From NCBI GenBank assembly GCA_051294375.1, contig CM119271.1:6697632-6761631 (forward strand): 64,000 bases of DNA. Reading direction: 5' to 3'. A program made the position numbers and the translations under genes. Of this stretch, positions 48,142 to 61,798 are shown piece after piece (within the stretch, counting starts at the first letter, position 1; every line of letters begins with the position of its first letter). The notes under the pieces were generated by a model. The model saw nothing but the letters and a program-made list of their open reading frames with translations, did not search any database and was not told where the DNA came from. Source of the stretch: Paraspadella gotoi (taxonomy: Eukaryota > Animalia > Chaetognatha).

Positions 48142-51100
48142 TCAAGTAGAGGAGACAACAATAGTCCTGACCGACTTGCATTTTTGCAAGACGAGGCAAG
48201 AGGCCTGATTGAAAGGCTCTTGGCTCTTGAAGCCTTCCTCTTCGATCATCCACATCGGAGCCGCCCTCACAGTAAGGGAGCTAAGGTTGTAGAGTCCGAC
48301 GCGATCGAAGCAGGCGATTAACTCGATCTTCGCTTCTGTCCCGGGCGTTAGGCGTCTTTGCCTCACCATCGGCCCCACCCATGAAAAGGGCGACCAAGAG
48401 AGACTCGTGTTCCGATTAGCGGTAGACGCCCCGATACCGCCCGTAGCTTCCGATGACGCCGACTGAGCGTGACCGCCAGTTTCCACGACGAATCCTACGT
48501 CGCAGTCGGATAGGTTGATGATCGATATCAGGATGCGCGCCTTGCAAAATCGGACGGCGGCAAAGTCATGAACGACTCGGTGCGACGGAAACGACAGAGC
48601 GACGGCGAGAAGTTGATTAAGGCTCCCCGGTTTAAGGGTGTCGATCTCCGGCGGACTCTGTTTGCGACGCGAATGATGAATAACCGGTGGAAACACGATC
48701 GGAGGTTTGACTGACAGGTGAGTAGTGTCCGATCCTCCGCAAGGCCGGAAACGAACCAGATCGTCCAGGGAGTCCAGGGTCACGTGATGTTGTCCCATGA
48801 CTGACGAACAGTTACCCATCGCGTCCAATATTGCCGCCTTCCAGAGCACAGTGATAACGGAATCGATCGTCCTGGCCTCCGCGACTCCACGCAAGTTGGC
48901 CTCCCTTTCGATAAACGCTGCATTCTTGGGTAGTAACTCATTGATGCCGCGATGATCGGCGTTGACCGAATCAATGCGTTGCCGCCAGAGGGAAAACCGG
49001 GCAAAAGGAAAGCAGGTGGCGTCAATCTCGTCTCCGCTAACGACCACGCTGCTTCCGGTCGAGGATTCAACGTCGGCGCTCTTGTCGCCACTGAGGGTGA
49101 GCAGCAGGTTTTCGGCGGCGTTGAACGTCCCTCTCCCTGATGCCTCTCCGCGGACGCAATCGAGGAGCCTCAGGCGCCGCGAAAAGGCGGAAATCTGCAG
49201 GAGTTGAAATTCGACAGCCGCGTCAACGGCGTCGTCCGGAACTCGTCGCTGCCCGTTTGCGGCATTGTGCATTTCTAAGTCAAGAGCAACGACGCCACCA
49301 CTCGTTGTTGACTCTGACGAACCGATCTCCGCTTGGTTTTCCGCAAAATTTCCACGGGATGCGACTGCGACGAATTGAAGCGAGGGTCGAGAGACGAGAA
49401 TGGATTTGTGGTAAAGAACTCGATACGGTAATCGCGGGTGACGCCACTCGGCAGGTGCTTCGTAATAAAACATAATCTTAAAAGAATGAAGGCCCGGTTT
49501 GTCTGGGCCACGCACCCAAACCGGAACGAAGCAAGACTCGCTCGGACGCAGTGATTCCCCCGGCGAGTGAAGCTTTAAGCAGGGAGAATCGTTGGACGAC
49601 TGGGAAAATAATCGCCTCCAGTCAAGTTCGGAATGGTGACGAAGTTGATCCGCCTCGGCCTTTGAGGACACCAGCCGTTCTCCGAAAGCCACTACGTCTG
49701 GTAAGTTACTAACGACGGTGAGGTTTAAAAGATCCACGGCTCCTTTGTTTTTCAACTCTGCCACACAGAAATGCAGTTGGCCGCCGAGAAGAGTCTCCGG
49801 AAACGGAGGCTCAACGGCGTCGGAAGAATTGGAATTTGATGACGATGCATGAAACTTAAGCCCGAGACAAGGTTGTCGGCAAACCACTTCGAGGGACAAA
49901 CGCTTGTCCTCACCATACACCAAGCTCTTCTTCTCCGCTTTGGTGTTATTGAGTCTGGGTCCCCGACAGTAGAGACGTTGAAAACCGTTTATAGCCATGG
50001 ACGCGTAACCGCGTTTGAAGGAACTCGGCGACGACGAGCCAGTAGGCGTGAGGGCTGAAGAACCAGCAGCCGAGACCGCAGCTGCGATTTGAGACTGGGA
50101 AGTGGAACCCAGAGAGTAGTCTATGCCGGTCACAGTCAAATAACCGCGCCGTCGAGGCACCAGCTTTAAAACAACCGCTTGAATAGTTCCAGCCGGAAGA
50201 ATGAACTCCGGCAGAGTCTCTGCTTCAACGTCGATCGAAGAAGGGGCATCATCGGCATCCGGTGCAAGAGTAAATTCCCAGCGCAGACGAATGTCGCACA
50301 GAACGAGCGGAACTTTGAGCGGATTGGAGGCCTTAATCTGAAAGGCGATGGGTTCGTCGACGGCCGTGAGAGGGGACGAGTTGTTCGATGTGTTTCGCGA
50401 TAAGAGACGCACTTGCGGTTTGAACCCTAGCATCATGTTGGGCGGAAGCTTGCCATTCCCAGCGGCGTTCCGAACTAACGCTTCCTCGAGACGCGCCCAC
50501 TCCCGGCCTTCTTCTTTGGTCGACGTTAATTCGGAAAAGTCAACCGAGGAAGCGTTTCCGAAAAGGACAGCGGCCGAAGCCCTCTCCGCTTCGTCTCCAT
50601 CGCGACTCTGCGGAGAGAGGTAGGCTTGGGTCGAAGGGCAGCCGAGCATGACCTTCGTTTCATTCTGTTCGATGGTGGGAAGATGAAGCTCGATCGCTGA
50701 ATCGGAACCACTTGGAAGTAGCAGCTGTTTCATAACATAGAGGTACTCTTTCAAAAAAGCAGTTTGTTGATGAGGCGTTTGAACGCTGCGTTCGGTCAAG
50801 AGCTTCTTGAAGGCGGAAGCGGCGTCGTCGAGGTTTTTGAGGTTGAAAGACTGCCGGCCGATGGTAAAGTTAATATGGTCTTCGGCGGGAGACCATCCTC
50901 GGCCGCAATATACGCTCATAGCCGCTTCGTAGCACCTCAGGGCATGCTGCCGTTGCGAAGCCTTACTAAAGCGATGACCGGCCAAAATCATATGGAATGC
51001 GTATTTGCGCACCATGGGAGTTTTCATGGCGAGAAAGCAGTGAGCCGCCTGTTCTAACAAAACGGCGCTTCGGAGGTCAGAGTCCTCCGACGTCATCTTG

Positions 51101-53245
51101 ATGAACTGCATGGCGGCGTCAGTGTAGTAACGCTGGCACTTGAGCGCCTCCGTGGAAATCATGACGGCGCGAGTAGCGAGGCCTGGCATCTTGCAGGTAG
51201 AGTCGTATGTGGTGATAGCTTGTTCCATGTAGCGCGTTGGATAAGGTTGACGTGATCCCCCATTGTGATTGGACTGGTGTTGCATGAAGTGGCTCACGGC
51301 GGCCATCTCCAGAGCACCGGCATAAAATGGCCAAGCTTGGTCAGTCTGAAAGTCCTTTTTAGCAGTGTAGTAATGCTTGAAAGCAAGTTCATAGTTTTGA
51401 AACATAAAGCTGATATCGGCAAGTCGCCGCAACTGTAACTCAGGACCCTCGGGGGCATAGGGACACTGAAGCAAACCCGTTTGGCGAAGAGGGTTGGAGG
51501 AGTTGGGACCATTACTGGACCGGTTCCCGAATAATCCCCATTTTCGAGTTCCTTGAAATCTTCCAAGAAGACCTTGCCGAGAGGCGACCTAATTTATAAA
51601 TCAAAGCAATAGTTACAACGCATAAACTTGTAATATGTAGTTCGTTTACCTGTTCATTAAGGTTACGCATGGTTCTTTCCACCCAGGGGACCAAACCGCG
51701 AACACAAAATTCGTGAATAAAAATTTTGATTCGATCCTGGTCACTGACAGTGAGGCATAACCCATGGGGGACGTTTGACGTGGACGCCTCGACGCCTTGC
51801 GAGCTAAAAAAGCTGGATGATCGACGGAAGGATTCCTCGCCGTCGCCAAGAAACGTGGGATCGCACGAGAATGATCCAAAGCCTGCGGTAGATGAGAAAA
51901 GGATTTAAAGAAAATACTTAAGTAAATATAGTTTGTAAATTGGATTGGAAAAGGAATTAGACGATAGACGGGGAGAGGAAATGGATAAGAGAGGAAAGAC
52001 ATAATTTATTTTGTTATTTCTCAGACATAAATTTTATCTCACCAGAACCGGCGATCCTATCGTCATCCTCAACAGGTTGAGCTCCATTTGAATTGGAGAG
52101 CGGGTGATCCACGACGGCCCCGACAACTGCCATCCCGTCGTCGGCATCGGACTCGAGCACGTCAACGGCGACGTCGACGACCGTGTTAGCCTGCTCGGTT
52201 ACTCTGGAAGGCAGGCCGGCCAAGTCGAGATCGCTGCCACCGCAAACGCTGCGGCTGAGACTGCTGGAGTCGGCCTTCGAATCCGGCTCCGCGACAGTAA
52301 CAACGCCGTTCAGTGGGGACGTCCGTGCCGACGCCGACGAGACATTTTTCGACAAAAAAAGCGCCCAGGGATCGGGAAAGTTGTTGCCTTCTTCGACGAG
52401 AAAACGTTCCACGCTTGATGCCGGACGAGAGTTTATTTGCAGCAAATGGCAATTGGTGGCCCCGTAGGCGTTCTTCATGCTCTGATAGACGGACTCTGCC
52501 CTGCCTTGAGCCCCATCCGAAACGTCGTGGAGTAGGACGTAGTATTTGTAAGTGTTGGAGGAAAACCACTTGGGATAAGGACGAGGAGGCATCATCGTTT
52601 GAGCCTTGTGTTGATCGGCTGTGAGCCGATCGAAGGTCGCCATCGGGTCATCAACGCCGCTAGAGACCACGAACACGCAAGCGAGGAAGTGGCGGAGAAA
52701 CTCCGTATCGATGGGCCACTGGCAGCCAAGGAACGCCTCGCGAAAGGCATCGTACCATGGAGTTGCTCGGCAGATTTCAAATTGGTAGTCCCCCACAGAT
52801 AACGTTTCTCTGTCTGAAAGATTGATATTGGCAAGTTATCCTTGGAAGGAAAAAACCGAGTGTAAAATTACACACGAATAAAATTTTCGATAGCATTTTT
52901 TTTTTTAAATTCTTTTATCGTTTCTTTTTTAAAATAACCTGCATTTGGCGGAAGTCGAGTTTTTGCCACAACTTCGGATAAGACTTTCTTCGCGAGAGTG
53001 GCTTGTGGGGGTGGAGTAATGGTGTCCTTGATCGCGAGTTTTAGGTTACTGACGGTATAGGCATACCCGCTGGGGTCGCGCACGCTTATTTCCGCGTTGA
53101 GGCGACTGAATGGCTGCAACAACTCCACCAAAGTCAAATTGTTTTTAGCACAAACGACGTCACAGTCGTCGCTGCATATCACAGCGATGTGGGGACTAAA
53201 TGTGCTTTTTACAAACTCGTCGTAAGGTTGCAAACACTGAGCCAT
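48142..53245 (-). CDS. TRAPPC8: Trafficking protein particle complex subunit 8 (TRAPPIII; ~4 exons)
   Basis: Start MAQC..FSPHIAV..ELLQPFSRL; TPWYDAFRE; EFLRHFLAC; PELQLRRLADISFMFQNYELA; DSDLRSAVLLEQAAHCF; RKYAFHMILAGHRFSKA; GPRLNNTKAEK. The last exon is ~3.4 kb (48142-51588). Confidence 0.95.
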
Positions 53246-53933
53246 TGTTTTTGTTTGCCTTTTAATGTGTTCGGAAGTTCTTTCACCTCTTCATGGTTCT
53301 TATTAACCTAACTTAGAATACTTTTGATATTTAAAAAAAATTTACATAATTGCGCGTGTATTAACCATACAAAAATCCATACAGAAATAGTTTTTGTAAG
53401 AACAACATTTTAATCATAAAGACGCTAACCAAACGCTGTGAGTCTGATATACTAATCAACCCTATGAAACAAAAAACACAAATGTGGCATCATAACATAA
53501 GGGCGAAGCTAAATATTGGAATCAAAGAATACAGAGGGTTTTTTAAAAAAATTAAGATGGGTAAGAATCCTTAAGTACATTTAAAACAAAATTTGTAGAT
53601 ATTGTATAATATATATATATATATATATAAACTGCAGCGACATGAATTATCGAGAAATAAAAATATAGTGATATAAATTGTAGGTTAAAAATTCTCGATA
53701 AAAATATAAAATCTAAAATTTCGTAACTCATAATTTTTTCGCATACCCAAAAATTTCAAGAAAAATTGGAAGGATGTTTCTCATAAGCATAAAATATCTG
53801 TACGAAAGCGAAGGTTATAGAATAGTCACCACAAAGATCATAAATGTATATAAAAATAAACCATCAAAATTTTTTTAACTCGCCCAAACGTATATTATGA
53901 AATTGGTATATTATGTTTCTAAAATGCTTCAAA

Positions 53934-53943
53934 NNNNNNNNNN
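53934..53943. other. Assembly gap (10 N)
   Basis: Run of n characters. True spacing and orientation across the gap are unverified. Confidence 0.99.
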
Positions 53944-54726
53944 GAAACTCAATTGACGATAAAATGTTGATAACGTCAAATAAGATTGCGTAGAAAAAAA
54001 ATTCCGGAAATCAGTTTCTCAAATTTCAAACTAAACTTACATAATGAACCTTATCTTAAAAATGTTTTTTTTTTCAAAATACCAAAACAGTTAATGAGAT
54101 AAAATTAAATGCGACGTTTTAACATACTAACATAGTAACAATAAATTGGTGAGAGTAATTAAAAAAATATTACTGTTTGTATTTCAATAGCCAAAAGATA
54201 GCTAAATAATTTTCGGCACCTAGGACGTTTTTATTTTTTCTTCGTTGTCAAATACCTTTTAGTTTTACGTTATATTATATATGTTTTCTTTAATTGTCGG
54301 AAACAATTTATTTTTGTAAAAGAGAACAAGACCAAAATATGAGTTTGGTCTCAACAATTTACGAAGCCATAAACAAAGTAGGTTGACGGGTTAGGTGCCA
54401 TGCCGCCATGGAATGTCAAGTCTCCCGAAAAGGAAAAACTTTTGCACAGCGAAGGGCGACGTGATTCTTGCATCGGCGCGCAGCTCCGCGAGACAAATCA
54501 AGATCAGCACCTGTTTTCCAATGTCAACCAAAGCGACACGCGAGACGGATCGGAAGAGGCCTCCGGTTGCATCGTCGAACCAGAAGGCCTGAAAAAAAAA
54601 CACTATTAACGTGACGTGGAACAATGAATAATGGGAGAAGGAACTGGGTTTTTTATGATCAGAAATTATATATCACGAAGATCCTGGCGACGAAAGATCG
54701 ACGAACGACTGGAGAAGTGACGAGAG

Positions 54727-57700
54727 TTAGCGAGCGACGCGCCCGCGGCCAGTGATGGTCGAGATGACAGAAATGTTTGACTCTGGATGCGAGGAGGACT
54801 CGGTTGGAGCCTTAGAAAAATTGAAGAGCGTTGCTAAACATTCTTATATTAGTTCCCGGTAAAAGTAGCAAAACTTTATTTTTACATGTTGACAATTTTA
54901 CAAGCGCCCGTAGAAATACGCTGTCATTTTCAAACAAGTGGTTATTTCATTGATTTTAAAATTTAGTTGAGTAGAAAATATTAAAACTATTTATGTGTTA
55001 AAATTTTATATTGATCAGTTAAGATATGCCTTGACAGAAAGTTAGTTGGCTTGTCAAATCGGGTTTCATTTTCCAATTCACTGTTTTTAAATTCAATTTT
55101 TTTTTGGAACTTTTCGCACTTTTTTAAACAAAGTATTTATTAAAATATTAACAATATTAATATCCTCAGAAAGCCCTTAAAAATATGAAGAGAATTATAT
55201 ACTTAAGAATACTGTAGTATGAAATTTAACTGGCCCAGCTTTAATTTAATTAGGATATTCAAAAACGAGACATCTTTTTAAAAATTAATAGCTGGAGAGT
55301 AAATTTATAATTTTTATCAAATTGTAATTGGCTATCTTAAATCTTTTTTTCTCAGGCTCTTTCATGATACTTATATAAATAATAATATTTTTGTTATAAT
55401 AATTTAAACAGGTCATATATTTTAAAAAAAGATTTAAAATTTAAAATAATTCACTTTTGACACTCTTACTTGAACCAAGGCTGGGCAGCTTACTTTTTAT
55501 GTTAGAGCTTTCATAAGTATATCAATCTCTTCATATTTTTAAGGGCTTTCTGAGGATATTAATATTGTTAATATTTTAATAAATACTTTGTTTAAAAAAG
55601 TTATAAAAGTTTCAAAAAAAAAAAAAGAATTTAAAAACAGTGAGTTTGAAAATGAAACCCAATTTGATAAACTGAGGCGACTTTCTATACTTAACTGATC
55701 AATATAAAATTTTAACACATAAATAGTTTTAGTATTTTCTACTCAACTAATTTTTAAAATCAATGAAATAACCACTGGTTTACAAATGACAGCATATTTC
55801 TACCGGAGCTTGTAAAATTGTCACCATGTACTTAGGAAGATCCATTGATATCATATAAAATTACATTAGATCTCAAGTGCAATATTACAAAACTGAAGAC
55901 AATTACGAACCTTAACTGTAAAACTTACGGCACGTTTAGAATTCAAAGTGGGGATGCTTTGACCTACGGTGGATATCGTCTTTATAGTTCTCGACTCCTC
56001 GCTTTCAGACTAAAAAACACAACAGAAGCATTGATTCATTTATAATTAAATTATAAACGCCAACTAATGCGTAGTAATGGTAAGGTGGGATGGTTAATGG
56101 TTATTTTAGTTCGTGTATGCACATCATCGCAGAGGAATCAAACTCAAGAAACCGGATCGGCGACGAAAGGAAAAGAAAGAAAGAGAAAAGAAAAGGAAAA
56201 GGAAAAGGAAAAGAATGAGAAACAAGTTGTCTCATCAAAAATACTTTTATTAGAATAATTTTAGGTTGGGTCACTTAGTTAAAACTTTCAAGTTAACTGA
56301 TTTTTTAAAATAATATTGGACATACAAAATAGGAAAGCATAAAAATTAGAAACCGATTAAAGAAAATCTACAATTATTTAAGGTAGGTGAAAATGAATTG
56401 TGCAAACTTATAATCAATAAAATTAAAACGATCTCATTTGGCCGTATCATAAAAAAAAAAAATCGTACCTGAAGACCGGTCTCTTTAGTCCTTTTGTGCG
56501 GCAGGTCCTCCGTCTCAATGACCAGTGACGGAGAATGAGCACGTTTTCCCGCTGGCGAAGTCACTGTCACCGTCTCTTCCTGCACTAACGCGGTAGAGCC
56601 ACCGTTAACGCTCGCCACGTTCGCCGGGGCGCCGGCGGGCGAATCATCTACTGGGGATCCGGACTTGGCCTGCTCGACTTCGTGGGGAGTCAAAAAGTCG
56701 GGCGCGCCTTCTAACGAGTCGCTGGTAAAGTCGATCTCCGTATCAGAGTTGCGCTGGGACGACTGAGAATGAGGCGAGTTTGACAGGGGAATGACGTCTT
56801 CGTTTCCCGTCAGCATGGGTCCCGGCTCTGGCCGCGCGTTTTTGGGAGGAGGTAAGTTGAGCCGCGACCGACCGCTCGTCGCCAGAGTCGGCGTCGGGGA
56901 CTTTCCCTTTCCAGTGAACAAGGATCCTGGATCGGTCTTGGAGCGTTGATGAGCGGCATTGACGGAATCTTTGAGTTGATTGACCGGGATGCCGCCAGAG
57001 CCGACGCTGTTTACGTTTTTTCTTTGCCTTATCGTCGGCACTATGTCCGGCGGAAGATACTCTGACAACTCCTTTCGTCGTACGTATTTAGCTTCGATTG
57101 TCATGCCTTCTTTAATGATGTTACTTTGGGTCCCTTGGCGATGGACTATATCCATGAAGGCTTTGATGTCGTAAGTGAGGTCTACGTTTAAACCGTCCGA
57201 TTTGTTAAACTGAAGTCCTATAAACCACATCGACGTGGTTAGAGGGCCGGAGGGCTCCGAAATATCTATCAATTCTGGATCTTCCTTCGGGGATTTAGAA
57301 CCTTCTGAGTGATCAGGGCCTTGATCATTGTCAGTAACATCCTGAACCTGGTCGTTATCGGCCTTAGGCGATTTTGACGGCTCTTCTTCATCCTCCTTGG
57401 TGAATTTGCGAACGTTTACGTGGGCTCGATTGATCACTGGATTCCGCTCGAGGTTGCCGACTAGGACGCGGATTTTGGATTCGACAAGTCCGACCCATTC
57501 CAAGTGATGCTCCGGGCTGCTTTTGGTCAGCAACACGATGAAATGCTTATAGCGAAGAAAAAAGTTAGGAGGCTCAAAAAGCTTGGACCATGTAGCTTTG
57601 TTCTCCTTTATGTCTTTGGTGATTTCTAGTCCAGTCTTAAATGCTTCTTCCATGATCGTTCTCGAGCTCACTGTGACATTGTACGTAGAATTTTGTTGAG

Positions 57701-58652
57701 GATACGCGGGCGTGATAATGGGCATCAAGTGAAAACGGTCTTGAAAATTGATTCTTGGGTCCCAAACGACGAAATTCAAGTTGAGCTGACTCTTGGTCAT
57801 TTCTTTCAAAAGAACGGGCGCCGGCCATTCCCAGGAAGAAAACACGAGAAAAAACTTGTGTACTATAGTAGAGGCCGACGCTTTGGGATACAACTGACAC
57901 GTTCGAGCGACTAGCATAGCCCACGAAACACCACCTAAAAAGCCCAAAACGTTGGAGTAAAGCCCGTGCCGTTTCGCCCAAAACTTAATGGCCCGCAGGG
58001 CCAGCCGAAAGGTCTCCACGTTCGGTACTAAATTGAGAATCTCGTCCGTGACGCGGCAACCGTTCAAACTCTTCACGCATCGTGGATCTAAATTTTTTAA
58101 AATAGACTCCGGCCTAAGATCAAGATCGTCGGGAATCGCGGGGAGAGCGAGGCGAGCGAAAAGAAGATCGATCTGGACCCCGTCGAAAACCATTTTAATG
58201 ACAGGAACGAAAGCGTCGGGAACGGGGTGAAGCTCTTGAACCTCGTCGCATCCTTTAAGAATTTCCATAAATGAACCAAAAAAGTCGGTTCGCTCCATGT
58301 GGCGAGGGGCGACGCAGAGCGAGTCAATATCACCCCCACGACTGTTAACGCCAAGTCGATAGGAGCCGAAGGTAAATATTTTTCCGCCTACGCTATCGGC
58401 GACGCTTGGCGGGATGTTTTTGAGAATGGACTGTTCTCGAATCCAATCCTTGACCAATTTGTTCAAGCGGTCCAAGACTTCCATCCGATGCGCCAACTCT
58501 TCGTCGGTTTCGAATATGTCATGGGGCAACAACGTTTCGACTAGTTGTTTTGTCAACTCCAAATCTATTTCTTTCGGACTGTCGTAAGAAAGGGCGGAAG
58601 TGATTCCGTACATGGGGAACTCTTTTGGACCGTGCTCTGAAGACGCCGACAT
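54727..58652 (-). CDS. Canonical nuclear poly(A) polymerase (PAPOLA/G family); 3' exons uncertain
   Basis: GGKIFTFGSYRLGV..DIDSLCV, FVPVIKM, SLNGCRVTDEIL, GFLGGVSWAML, MPIITPAYPQQNSTYNV and WVGLVESKIR all lie in one exon (56470-58652, donor CAG|GTACG). Possible further exons are ~55968-56009 and 54727-~54810; the stop position is an inference. Confidence 0.92.
54885..55828. mobile_element. Foldback/MITE with ~300-bp terminal inverted repeats, probably in a poly(A) polymerase intron
   Basis: Arms ~54885-55190 and ~55530-55828 are reverse complements (CATGTTGACAATTTTACAAGC.. / ..GCTTGTAAAATTGTCACCATG), with TA on both flanks. Confidence 0.85.
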
Positions 58653-59195
58653 CTTGCTATTTATGACGAACCGAAGGAAAATTCACACGTAACAGTCGGA
58701 ACAAAATAGTTCGTCCAAATTGTTATTAGGTTTCATAATTTTTAACCAGTCAACTGGATAGTGGACAGAAAGACATAGTAACAGAGTGAGAGTAACAATT
58801 TTTTGAAAAAACAATTGATGCTTAAGTAAAAAAAAATATTTATAGACTTCGGGTTAAACCTGAATACCACTTCTATCGTTGGCGTTTAGTGCGGAAAATT
58901 TACCAGTTTCAATAAAAAAATATTGTAAACAGCTTTAGGGTGTACCAGAAATTTAGTATTTTCTTCAAATGTTTTTTTATATCTTACAGCTACAGGATGA
59001 TAAGATTACGTATGTTGTTTTAGGGATGAATGTTTAAAATTAAAAAGAAGTATTATATGGAATATATATATAAATACGCATTATATTATAATCAAGGTTG
59101 TCAGATCAGAAATATTTAAACATAAAAATATACAAAATACTGTAATTAGGAAAATTAAATCTAGTCATTTTCGGAAAGAATAAACCAGTTTCGAT

Positions 59196-60020
59196 TTAAG
59201 GTCCAATATAAACAAAACGAGCACTGCATAAAGTATCATAGCGAATAAAGCCGTCCTTATAAAGTGTAGAAAAGATTAACTTTTTACCTTTTTCAATCGA
59301 CACAATCTTGACGAAATCGTTTCGAAGAAACAATCTCTGAACATTCTTCAGAAATTCTTCATGGGAGGATTTCTCAGCTACGTCAGACGATTCAAAAAAA
59401 AGAACATTATTTATACTTATCTTATAAGATTTTGGACGACATTGATAAATGGAAAATTCTAAATCAAGCGCGTCGGCTGCATTCTTCAATACATCTCCAA
59501 AGTTGCTTGAGCTGCCGTTCAATTTCACAGAATATAAAAATTCGCATAATGGTTTCAATTGATAAAGCTGTCGTTCATCTTGTTCAAATGAAAATTTGAA
59601 TGAATCATCTCGAGCAGTGAGCGGGGCTGGTACTATACGAAAAATGGAATTAAACTGTTTAAATGTTTTCACAACCTGGAGGTATTTTGCCAACTCTTCT
59701 TCTGGGGGCTCGTCCATGCCAGCCACATTTTTTAAACGATTTTTCTCATAAAGTAATTTTTGATAGATATTTTGAATTTCATTTTTCGTTAAGGTGGATG
59801 CTTTTTTATCCAACAGAAGCATATCTATTTCGTCCAGACCGAATAATTGATCACAAGCTATTTCATCACCCCCTCTTTGAGCCAATACATTCTGAATGTA
59901 TTGTTGTAAATTTTTACTCTTTTTATCAGCAACAAATTTCAAAAAACTTTGCAAGTCACTTGTTTGTCTGTATTTCAAAATATCCAATTCCATTTCTGCA
60001 GTTAATGATTGCAAGTATAC
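59196..60020 (-). CDS. Terminal exon of an uncharacterised gene; C-terminal part weakly resembles the CDKN2AIP/NKRF dsRBD-like domain
   Basis: Open frame of ~274 codons directly after a T-rich acceptor (TTTTTTTTAG|G at ~60021). The segment NFGDVLKNAADAL..KISINNVLF..VQRLFLRNDFVKI recalls the CDKN2AIP C-terminus from memory only. Upstream exons were not identified. Confidence 0.55.
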   Translation of the reverse strand, partial: VYLQSLTAEMELDILKYRQTSDLQSFLKFVADKKSKNLQQYIQNVLAQRGGDEIACDQLFGLDEIDMLLLDKKASTLTKNEIQNIYQKLLYEKNRLKNVAGMDEPPEEELAKYLQVVKTFKQFNSIFRIVPAPLTARDDSFKFSFEQDERQLYQLKPLCEFLYSVKLNGSSSNFGDVLKNAADALDLEFSIYQCRPKSYKISINNVLFFESSDVAEKSSHEEFLKNVQRLFLRNDFVKIVSIEKGKKLIFSTLYKDGFIRYDTLCSARFVYIGP

Positions 60021-60373
60021 CTAAAAAAAAAAGAAATGTTTCTTGTAAAATTATCGTTCTCCAGTACTTAATATGCATTAAAATTTTTTTCCCTATTTCT
60101 ATATATAATATAATTCGGAGTCGACGTAAAGCGACAGTGGTCTGACACAGGTCTGAAGTCCTTAAAGCAAGTTGGTTAAATTTTCACTACTCGAGTATTA
60201 CATGAAATCCCTCTGTAGCCAAAATGGTGAGCCCGATAGTCATTGTATGTGCAATTGCATGTTAGTGTAACTACATTTTCACAAAAAACTATTTTATTAA
60301 TGCATAAAAAGTAGTAAAAACTTGATTTCAAATAAAAATAATTTTTATAAGGTATTATTTATGTTATACTTGT

Positions 60374-61385
60374 AAAATCTTTTAAAAGCATAAGGATCGT
60401 CGCAATCGCATAAAAACAAGTTTGAGCAAACAATGTCGGATCTGCCCACGATCATTATCGGTAATTAATTATTTAATAATTAATTAATTAATAATTAATT
60501 CAAGTTAATTATTATAATTAATAATTAATTTGTTCAAGTTAATTATTTAATTAATTAGAGAATTAATTAATTAATTTGATCTGAAATGTTTGTTTTGATT
60601 AATTGACTGATTAATTATTGATTAATTAATTGACTAATTGATTAATTAACTGATTAATTATTTGATTAATTAATACATCTTGCATTTACAATTAAAATAA
60701 AAAGAAAAAGAAGCATAATCAATTAGTAAAACCGGTTCTTTGTTTTTTCCATTTAAACTCATTTCCACTCAAACGATCCATCGAAACTTGATTTCCAGTT
60801 TAATCACACACTTTTCTACCCAAATACAAAATTTCAAGTCAATAGCCCCATCCACTCATGAGTAATTGGTGTTAAAATAGTGAATTTGATAAGAGGAAAA
60901 CTAAGTTTTATACAAAACAAACTTGCTTAATATATCCATAAAATGAATTGAATGAATAAAATAAAATGAATGAATGAATTAAAATTAAATTTTATTTAAA
61001 TAAATGAAAGAATTAAGATCATTAAATTGAATAAATAAATTTAAAAAAATGAAATGAATTAAATAAAGTGAACGAATTTAAATTAATTAAATTTAAGTAA
61101 AGAAATTTAATGAATAAATGTATGAGAGATAGAGATAGATAAAGAGGCTGCGATGCTTAACATCACGAGTTAAGATGCTTACAAAAATAAAAAAGAAATA
61201 AAGAATGAAAGAGAGAAAAAGAAACTTTCAGTCCCTGCAGAGCTTAACTCATTTTTGGACGAATCAGAAGAGGCAGCAACTGAGAAAAAGAGATAAATAT
61301 AATTTAAGAAAAGAGAGAGAGAAAGCGATATATAAATAAAAAAAATTTGTTTTGTTTATATAAAACGTAAACAAATCATATTTTT
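60374..61385. repeat. Diverged third member of the same repeat family with TAAT/AATT low-complexity tracts
   Basis: Same 5' end AAAATCTTTTAAAAGCATAAGGATCGTCGCAATCGC; 61290-61380 resembles 44165-44260. Confidence 0.55.
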
Positions 61386-61798
61386 CATATAACCTACAGA
61401 GTTCGGACTAAAATCTTACCCCCCTAATCGATCCTCCCACACGCACAATTGTTTTACAATTTTTTAAAATTTTTTATAGCAGAAGAATCGTTAGGGATTT
61501 TGCTATCTTTTGGATTATATTTAGTTTTGCTATGTCGAAAAATATTAGTATGAGAAGCAACCGAAAACCAGGAGTCATGTTTGCTCCGCGCCCAAACAAT
61601 TAAAAATCAACTACATAAATATTTGATCTCCTGCAAAAGTTACAATGATTAACCTAATGGGTTTCTTTATGTTTGTATTGAGAGTTGACGTTATTCTAAG
61701 TACAATACACACATAGAATTAATGAAAAATCATTACTACAAATTTTTAAAGCAAACAAATTAATGCTGCGCAGCAATACATTAACATTTGTAATAAAA

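Noticed and set aside
51474-51694. Apparent frameshift in TRAPPC8
   Set aside because: Manual translation shows an intron (~51589-51649) followed by a continuous frame VASRQGLL..LLQCPY.
60225-60236. TGGTGAGCCCGA, the same 12-mer as the TRIM PBS
   Set aside because: No adjacent LTR, PPT or second repeat was seen; chance or a highly decayed remnant.
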